NCBI GenBank assembly: GCA_964016885.1
Contig: OZ024743.1
Coordinates: 250,666,001 to 250,730,000, forward strand
DNA length: 64,000 nucleotides
Direction of reading: 5' to 3'
DNA from: Eledone cirrhosa
Taxonomy: Eukaryota
A program made the position numbers and the translations under genes. Every line of letters begins with the position of its first letter. Within the stretch, counting starts at the first letter, position 1. Below, piece after piece: positions 57,138-64,000 of the stretch. The notes beneath the pieces were generated by a model. That model ran no database searches, was not told the DNA's origin, and saw nothing but the letters and a program-made list of their open reading frames with translations.

Positions 57138-60100
57138 TCATATATAAAGAGTCTTGCAAAGCTTCTTGGGCCAATGTACTCGCCGACCGCTACGTGTGGT
57201 GGTGACATATGTAGGTGTAGGTGTGTGCGATGTTATATGTGTATTGTGGTTTGGCTGATGCCAGGTGTATGTGGGGGGAAAATGGGGCTCTTGTGTGAGA
57301 GTGTCTGTATAGGCCTGTTTTACCCTGTCAATGGACACAGTCTCTTTTTTACCCCCAATGTCTAGGGTGAATAGCTTATCTGTGCGCTCAAGCACGCGAT
57401 AGGGACCGGTATAAGGTGGCATGAGAGGAGCTCTCACGGCGTCCTTTCGTAAAAAGACGTGGGTCCATGAAGCAATGTCTTTCGGGACCGAAGATTTGAT
57501 TGTCTGTTGGCGAGGGTGCATAGGCGGAAGATTGCTGAAATATGATTGCAGTCTGCTCACATACAGAGCTGGGTCTGTTGCTGGTAGGTCCAATGGAGCT
57601 AACATCTGACCAGGCAGAGATATAGGCACTCCGTAAACCAACTCGGCGGGGGAGTAGCCTAGATCTTCCTTGATGGCTGCACGACAGCCCAGGAGGACAA
57701 TTGGTACATATTCGCTCCACCGCTGCTGATCCGGATAAGCGCGCAGTGCGGCTTTCAATTGGCGGTGGAAGCGTTCAACCATTCCGTTAGAAGCTGGATG
57801 GTAGCTGGTCGTTCGAATGCGTTGCATTCCCAGGATCCTTGAAAGCTCTCGGAAAAGGTGTGACTCAAATTGTCCACCGCGGTCAGTGGTGATAGTGGCT
57901 GGAACTCCGTAACGCGATATCCAACCCGATACTAGGGCTCGCGCTACAGATTCCGCCGAAATGTCACTTAAAGGAATGGCTTCAGGCCAACGTGTGAAGC
58001 GATCTATGCAGGTCAGGAGGTATGTAAATCCTCGGCTGACCGGCCATGGTCCGACAAGATCTATATGGACATGGCTGAACCGAGCGTCTGGAGTGCTGAA
58101 AGTTCCAAGGGGTGCGCGGATGTGTTTGTGCACCTTTGACTTTTGGCAGGATAGGCAGGAACGTGTCCAGGCAGTGATGTCACGCCTCATATTAGGCCAG
58201 AAGAATCTAGCCGAAATGAGCTTCACCGTGGTCGATATTCCAGGGTGTGCCAGACCGTACAAGGTGTCGAAAACTGCTCGACGATGAGTCACTGGCACTA
58301 GAGGGCGAGGTGCATCTGTCGAGGTGTCGCAGATAATCTGTGTGTCCGAAGTGGGCACAGGCAGATATGCAAATTTGCCAGTTGCAAATTCAGAAGACGA
58401 GAGGTCCAAAGTATCCAGAGGTGGTTGTTCTGTGGCCATTCGTTGGAGGTCGATTTCCGCTGGCGATGACAGGGAATTAATTGGGAGGCGAGACAGTGCA
58501 TCTGCCGCCGCATTCTGTTCACCAGAGATGTGTCGGATATCGCTGGTAAATTGCGAAGCGAAGTCCAAGTGGCGAGTTTCGCGAGGTGAATATTTGTCCG
58601 GCTTAGAACGCAGTGCGAACGTAAGCGGACGGTGGTCAGTGTATATAACAAATTGGCGACCCTCCAGTGAATGCCGAAAGTGTTTCACTGCAAGGTACAT
58701 AGCCAAGAGTTCACGGCCGAATGTGCTATACCGTGTTTCTGCAGGCTTCAGCTGTTTAGAAAAGTAGGCAAGAGGTTGTAACTGTTGTTGGTGATGTTGT
58801 TGCAGTACTGCACCTACAGCTGTGCCTGATGCATCAACAACCAGTGAAAACTGGGCACCAGACACAGGATGTGCAAGCAGTGATGTCTCCGCAAGCTTCC
58901 GCTTCACTTCGTCGAAAGCTTTTAGCTGATTCGTGTCCAATGAAATGGAATCGTTCTTCTTTTTCCTGTTACGTAACAGGTCGGACAGAGGAGACAGGAG
59001 ATCCGCACAGTGTGGGATAAAGCGCCTGTAATAGTTCAGTAGCCCAAGGAAATGTCGTAGTTGACGAAGTGAAGTGGGTGGTTGGAGGTCTTGTACCGCT
59101 TTCACTTTATCAGGTAGTGGCGAAATTCCTTCTGGGCTGATGACATGGCCCAAGAAGACAAGTGAGGAAGCACCGAAAACACATTTTGCCGGATTAATTC
59201 TCACTTGGTATTTTTGAAATCTCTCGAACAGGAGACGGAGGTGAGTGACATGTTCCTCAGGTGAGGCACTTGCCACAAGAATGTCGTCGATGTAGTTGTA
59301 CACGAAGTCTAAATCGCGCACAACTTCATCCATAAATCGTTGGAACGTGCTGGCTGCGTTTCGCAAACCGAAAGGCATGGTCAAAAATTCAAACGCTCCA
59401 AATGGAGTTGTTACTGCAGTTTTAGGTATGTCTGCCGGGTTCACCGGGATTTGGTGGTATGCTTTGACCAAATCCAATTTGGAGAATATGTTGCATCCAT
59501 GCAGCGAAGATGCAAAATACTGTATGTGTGGTATCGGGTAGCGGTCGGGTACCGTCATTGCATTTAACCGGCGAAAGTCCCCAGTGGGACGCCAATCACC
59601 GGAACGCTTTGGTACCAAATGCAAGGGTGCGGCCCACGGGCTTGAGGATGGGCGAATGATCCCGAGCTGCAGCATGTGATTGAATTCAGCCTTTGCGGCC
59701 TTCAGTTTCTCAGCAGAGAGACGGCGAGTTCGCGAAAACACAGGAGCTCCGGATGTTTCAATGTGGTGCTTGGTGGAGTGAGTAGGCTCACTCATCACAA
59801 AATTCAAATTTGTTAATTCCGGGAAGGAATGCAAAAGTGATTGGTAAGGATCTTCTGTAGCAGCGATAAAGAAGACCGGGCTGACCGACGAGACAGTCGA
59901 TCTGGTACCCGGCACAGACAGTTCTGTGTTGGCATCCAACAACCGGCGTCTGCGCATATCCACTATCAAGTTATAGTGGTGCAGGAAATCTGAGCCTAGG
60001 ATGGGGTAAGGCAGATCAGCAACAGTGAAGATCCACGTGAAATCTCTACGCAATTCCAGGTTCAAAGAACGAGAAATCTGACCGTACGTGGGGATCGGTG

Positions 60101-60299
60101 ACTGGTTTACTGCTTGCAGAGAGACGGTTGAGAGTTGGGGCTTCTCTTTGAGAAGTTTTAGCGGCCAAATGCTACAAGCCGCGCCGGTGTCGATCAGACA
60201 ACGTGCTTGCGACTCAGTGTCTGTGATGAAAAATACACGGTTATTAGGGAGGGTCAGAGGAGACTGTGCCGTGCTCAGGTCTCCTGAAATCTGTTTCCC
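57138..60299 (-). CDS. pol: Gypsy Pol (protease, RT, RNase H, integrase), likely expressed by -1 frameshift
   Basis: [50 protein letters not shown]. Confidence 0.96.
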   Translation of the reverse strand, partial: GKQISGDLSTAQSPLTLPNNRVFFITDTESQARCLIDTGAACSIWPLKLLKEKPQLSTVSLQAVNQSPIPTYGQISRSLNLELRRDFTWIFTVADLPYPILGSDFLHHYNLIVDMRRRRLLDANTELSVPGTRSTVSSVSPVFFIAATEDPYQSLLHSFPELTNLNFVMSEPTHSTKHHIETSGAPVFSRTRRLSAEKLKAAKAEFNHMLQLGIIRPSSSPWAAPLHLVPKRSGDWRPTGDFRRLNAMTVPDRYPIPHIQYFASSLHGCNIFSKLDLVKAYHQIPVNPADIPKTAVTTPFGAFEFLTMPFGLRNAASTFQRFMDEVVRDLDFVYNYIDDILVASASPEEHVTHLRLLFERFQKYQVRINPAKCVFGASSLVFLGHVISPEGISPLPDKVKAVQDLQPPTSLRQLRHFLGLLNYYRRFIPHCADLLSPLSDLLRNRKKKNDSISLDTNQLKAFDEVKRKLAETSLLAHPVSGAQFSLVVDASGTAVGAVLQQHHQQQLQPLAYFSKQLKPAETRYSTFGRELLAMYLAVKHFRHSLEGRQFVIYTDHRPLTFALRSKPDKYSPRETRHLDFASQFTSDIRHISGEQNAAADALSRLPINSLSSPAEIDLQRMATEQPPLDTLDLSSSEFATGKFAYLPVPTSDTQIICDTSTDAPRPLVPVTHRRAVFDTLYGLAHPGISTTVKLISARFFWPNMRRDITAWTRSCLSCQKSKVHKHIRAPLGTFSTPDARFSHVHIDLVGPWPVSRGFTYLLTCIDRFTRWPEAIPLSDISAESVARALVSGWISRYGVPATITTDRGGQFESHLFRELSRILGMQRIRTTSYHPASNGMVERFHRQLKAALRAYPDQQRWSEYVPIVLLGCRAAIKEDLGYSPAELVYGVPISLPGQMLAPLDLPATDPALYVSRLQSYFSNLPPMHPRQQTIKSSVPKDIASWTHVFLRKDAVRAPLMPPYTGPYRVLERTDKLFTLDIGGKKETVSIDRVKQAYTDTLTQEPHFPPTYTWHQPNHNTHITSHTPTPTYVTTTRSGRRVHWPKKLCKTLYI

Positions 60300-61124
60300 T
60301 GGTCTGAAAATGTACAAGGCTGTTTACAGGAGCGTGCTGCTGCGCCAAAACGGCTGTGGTAGTAACACAAACCTGAACTGCTTGTGTGACGGCGTCGTGG
60401 TGAGGGTGAACGGCTCTGGAAACGGCGTCTGGGCGAATGAGCCCTGTGAGTGCTTAGTTTTCTCACTTCCTTGGTTAGCTGCTCTATTGCTTGCAGCATT
60501 TGCAAGTGACTGGTCGGTATAACTGGCAGCCGCTGGAGTGAAGGAAGCGACCGCAGTCGGCGGCTGAGATACATTGAAGGAGACAGGAGCGAACGGATTG
60601 ACCGCAGCCGGTGGCTGAGGTGCCTGGAAGGGGGCAAATGAGGCTGGGTGTCCGATGACACTCATAACCCTGTCGGCCGAAGCCGCTAGCTGGTCGACAG
60701 GAGCAGCCTCCATCATGGGCGCTAAGATCGCCTGAACTCCGGGGGGTAGCCTTGAGACAAAAAGCTGTCTAAGGAGGGCACTGTCAGCTGGGGCATCTTC
60801 CGCCAGCTCTCTCATCCGACGCAGTAGTTGTGTGGGCGTCCGATCACGCAAATGTTCGTCATTGACGAGCGTCTGAAATTTTTTTTCTGCGGACAATGTG
60901 GTCCGCCGCAACACTTCGAGCTTCACGCTCTCATAGGAGGCCCCAGGGCGAGGATCGGTAATTAAGTCTTTGACGACCGACGTCAATGACGCTGGAAAAG
61001 CGCTTAACAGGAGATTTAACTGTCTGTGGTCACTGGTGATGTTATTCGCTGTGAAATGTGCTTCTATCTGGGCGAACCAGACAGTGACGTCACCGGTAAA
61101 CGGTGGCAATGAAGTGCTACCCAT
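60275..61124 (-). CDS. gag: Gypsy Gag, split by one frameshift at ~60500-60660
   Basis: [13 protein letters not shown]...[11 protein letters not shown] in one frame; coiled coil and [18 protein letters not shown] knuckle in another. Confidence 0.88.
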
Positions 61125-61766
61125 TGTGTATACTGATGTAAAAGCAAAGGGCAAAGAAAGGACAACTCTGCACTTGTCACCGAGACAAAAGTGAAAATTC
61201 AGGCCAAGAAAAAATATAATCCGAGTGAAGGACAGAAAAAGAAAAATATATCAAAAACAATGTTGGAGGGAAAAACGTCAAGCTTTAAAAAAAAAATTAT
61301 GATTTATCTTTGTCCTATTATTATTTTTTTTGTGTACTTTTCAAAATGGCGTTGCCTCCGTCGTTTTGGCGGGAAAACAGCTGAAGAAGACGGAAGTCGG
61401 CCATCTTGCTCTGACCGGCTATCAGCACCAACAGTTTTTTTTTTTTTTTATATAGCGTCGCCCAATCAGAAATTGAGAGGGAAAAATAAGATTTTTGTAT
61501 TAACGCATGTGTTCGGTGATGTTAGAAAGTGAAGGTGTGATGTGCAGATTTAGTAACAATAAGACAATATATCAAATACATATTAGGACTCACGCTAATC
61601 GCGTACATACCCCGAGAAAAGGCGAGTGGCTTTGTTTTTTCTTTTTTTTTGGGGGGGGGGGATGCGAAATGTTGATGTGTTCGTTGCAACGGAAAGATGT
61701 GGTTTCTTCTGTGTTGATGTCCTTAAACGTTCGGGTCACCATTTATAATGTGATTTGTTGTATCGT

Positions 61767-61784
61767 ATCACGTCGGGGTCACCA
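61767..61784 (-). other. Primer-binding site for tRNA-Trp
   Basis: TGGTGACCCCGACGTGAT, complementary to the 3' end of metazoan tRNA-Trp, 2 nt from the 5' LTR. Confidence 0.9.
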
Positions 61785-61786
61785 TT

Positions 61787-62189
61787 TATAACGGGTTTTA
61801 GGGTCAATTCTTAATATACATAATAGAGATCAGAAGGCATTTAGAACATTGACTAAATCCATTATCGATGTTGTAACTCTATTTATTAGTCGTACATGTT
61901 GAACGGATACATTAGGTACAGGTCGTATCTACATGTGTAGGATGTAGCTTGGTCCGCTTCATTGCAAGATGGAGATGTTGTTAGCAGCAATGAGTGTAGC
62001 CTGGTCTTGTCGATAAGAGTGGTGCGTGTAGACTAATGACTCTCTTGGTCACCTCCGCTCACACTGGTGACGTAGTTCTGGACAGTCGAATTAGTGCACC
62101 GAAGGTTTTGATTGGCTCACACTTCAGCCAACTTACCTCCGTAACACCATTCCTCCGCAGAAGGAAAATACATTTTATTCACTGCTACA
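61787..62189 (-). repeat. 5' LTR
   Basis: Direct repeat of 56513-56915. Confidence 0.95.
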
Positions 62190-62230
62190 TACATACCTAC
62201 ACATATATATGCTGTCTTCAGAAATAATGA
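62190..62230 (-). ncRNA. 5' half of the HHR split by the Gypsy element
   Basis: Minus strand: TCATTATTT-CTGAAGA-cagcATATATATGTGTaGGTATGTA. Confidence 0.8.
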
Positions 62231-62925
62231 TATTTGTTTATTGAAAAAACAAAGATTCAATACAATAGGTCTGTTTGGGAACAGGTTTTGAATTGACCAA
62301 TAGAGAGATAGTGAGGGTCAGGATAGTAATACAGTAGTAGAAGAACCTTAAATTATGGGTAGAGGAAGGTAGATTTCAGTTTTGGATGGAAAAGAATATT
62401 ATGAATGAAGGATTATTTTAGGGAAGAAATAGGTCTTATGCTGACCTCAGAAATAATTTTATTTTTTCATTGAATAAAACCAACAAAGATCTAATATATT
62501 CTGTCTGTTTGGTAAGAGGTTTAGAATTAACCAATAGAAAGTTAATAATTGGCCAAATGGTAAAATAGTAGTAATTGATGGTTAATTTAAGGGTGAAAAT
62601 AGGGCAGGTGGTCAGTAAAAGGTATACAAGCAGTTGCTGTTATAAAATAGTAATGCCAATACAAATATCTAAGGTGACTAAAGTTTTAAGATAAGAATGT
62701 TAGTAAAAAAATATACATCTATGAAAAGAATATAAATTAATTTAATTGATGGGTATATTTATATTGATAAAATTATACTAATACATATAGATATGATAAA
62801 TAAGAGTTAGATACAGTTGAAAAGTGCTGTTAAAGATGAGGGGAAATTAAAAGAATATAAAAATAATATATATATATATATATATATACTTATACATATA
62901 TATATATATACATATATATACACAT

Positions 62926-62979
<54 letters not shown>

Positions 62980-63320
62980 TTATATATACATATATATATA
63001 TACATATATATACATACACACACACACATACACACATATATACATATACATATACATATATATACACTTATACATATATATATATATATATACATAGATA
63101 TATACATGCCCATATACATACATACACATACATATACACACACATATATATTTATATATACATATAATTATTGGGGGGGGGGATTAAATTTATTAGTGAG
63201 AAATAGTAAATATATATAGTTTTCAAGGAACATAGAGTCATAACCTGAAGTTTAAGCATTATATATGTTTACTTAATGGTATCAGTTTTAGGAAATGATA
63301 TTTGTAAGAAGGAAAGTAAA

Positions 63321-63542
63321 ATTATGTAGTTCATTAGTAGTAGAATATTAATTATAGGTTAACTAAATTAAAAATAGTTTATATATTAATTTCTAAAGTG
63401 TATATTAATTAGGTTTATAATTTTTAAAGCAGGATTATGTAGTTCATCAGTAGTAGAATATTAATTATAGGTTAACTGAATTAAAAATAATTTATAAATT
63501 AATTTCTAAAGTGTCTATTAATTAGGTTTATAATATTTAAAG
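63321..63542. repeat. Tandem duplication (~113 bp) spanning the PLE stop codon
   Basis: 'attatgtagttcat.agtagtagaatatt' at 63321 and 63434. Confidence 0.85.
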
Positions 63543-64000
63543 GTTTTTCTCAGTTTATGATTACACGATATAATTAATTCCTGTCGCTTATTTAATAGGA
63601 TATCCTTAGATTTCATTATTTCAAAAAGTTCTTGGGAACATAATCTACATTCATTTCTACTATTTTGATAAGGGGTGGCCCTTTTGAGCACACTCCAGGT
63701 CAGGTCATATTCTATATTCCTCTTTCTATAACTATTTATTATTTCAGCTAGAGATGTTGTATTAGCTAGTGCGGCATTTTTAAAACTATGTGTGTGGGTA
63801 TTAAATCTTACCTTAAATTTGTTAGAGGTAGCTCCTATATATGAATAAATTGGGTCCTTAGTGTTAACTTTACATTTATATACTATGTTATTAACAAGGC
63901 AATTTCCTTTTAATGGACAGTATGCCTTGTTTCTACAGTTACAACCTTTCGTGAATCCTGTATCTGAGGAGATATTATGGTTAGTTTGATGTACTGGTGG
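63518..64000 (-). CDS. C-terminal GIY-YIG endonuclease of another PLE (Naiad-like), open to the window edge and absent from the ORF track
   Basis: Manual translation: GCNCRNKAYCPLKGNCLVNNIVYKCKV..YSYIGATSNKFKVRFNTH..WSVLKRATPY..CRLCSQE..LLNKRQE..CNH..*. Confidence 0.88.
   Translation of the reverse strand, partial: PPVHQTNHNISSDTGFTKGCNCRNKAYCPLKGNCLVNNIVYKCKVNTKDPIYSYIGATSNKFKVRFNTHTHSFKNAALANTTSLAEIINSYRKRNIEYDLTWSVLKRATPYQNSRNECRLCSQELFEIMKSKDILLNKRQELIISCNHKLRKTFKYYKPN

Larger units (their letters stand above)
56513..62189 (-). mobile_element. Complete Ty3/Gypsy LTR retrotransposon with TACA target-site duplication
   Basis: Two 403-bp LTRs; TACA at 56509-56512 and 62190-62193; PBS, PPT, gag, pol in PR-RT-RH-IN order. 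Confidence 0.97.

Noticed and set aside
63444-63450. CTGATGA on the minus strand in the PLE 3' UTR
   Set aside because: No stem II or GAAA downstream

Overview
AT-rich, repeat-saturated eukaryotic DNA with no recognisable host exon. The (TA)n/(CAT)n microsatellites, Nin/Deu-domain tRNA-SINEs and RTE LINEs suggest a mollusc, probably a cephalopod (inference). Autonomous-type elements are an intact 1210-aa Penelope-like element (PLE; RT + GIY-YIG, with an Asn-rich insert), a complete Ty3/Gypsy element (403-bp LTRs, tRNA-Trp PBS, 4-bp TSD), about ten RTE LINE copies, and relics of other PLEs, a Helitron and an R4/Dong-like LINE. The most striking signal is non-coding: about eight different type I hammerhead ribozyme (HHR) designs, read and folded by eye. 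Two sit once per unit in ORF-less tandem/inverted repeats (1262-bp and ~462-bp units) that resemble retrozymes or non-autonomous PLE parasites. Two have ~100-nt rod-like stem II inserts, and one of those is split by the Gypsy insertion and can be reassembled. Most PLE-type inserts are inverted pairs embedded in (TA)n. No folding software or database search was run.
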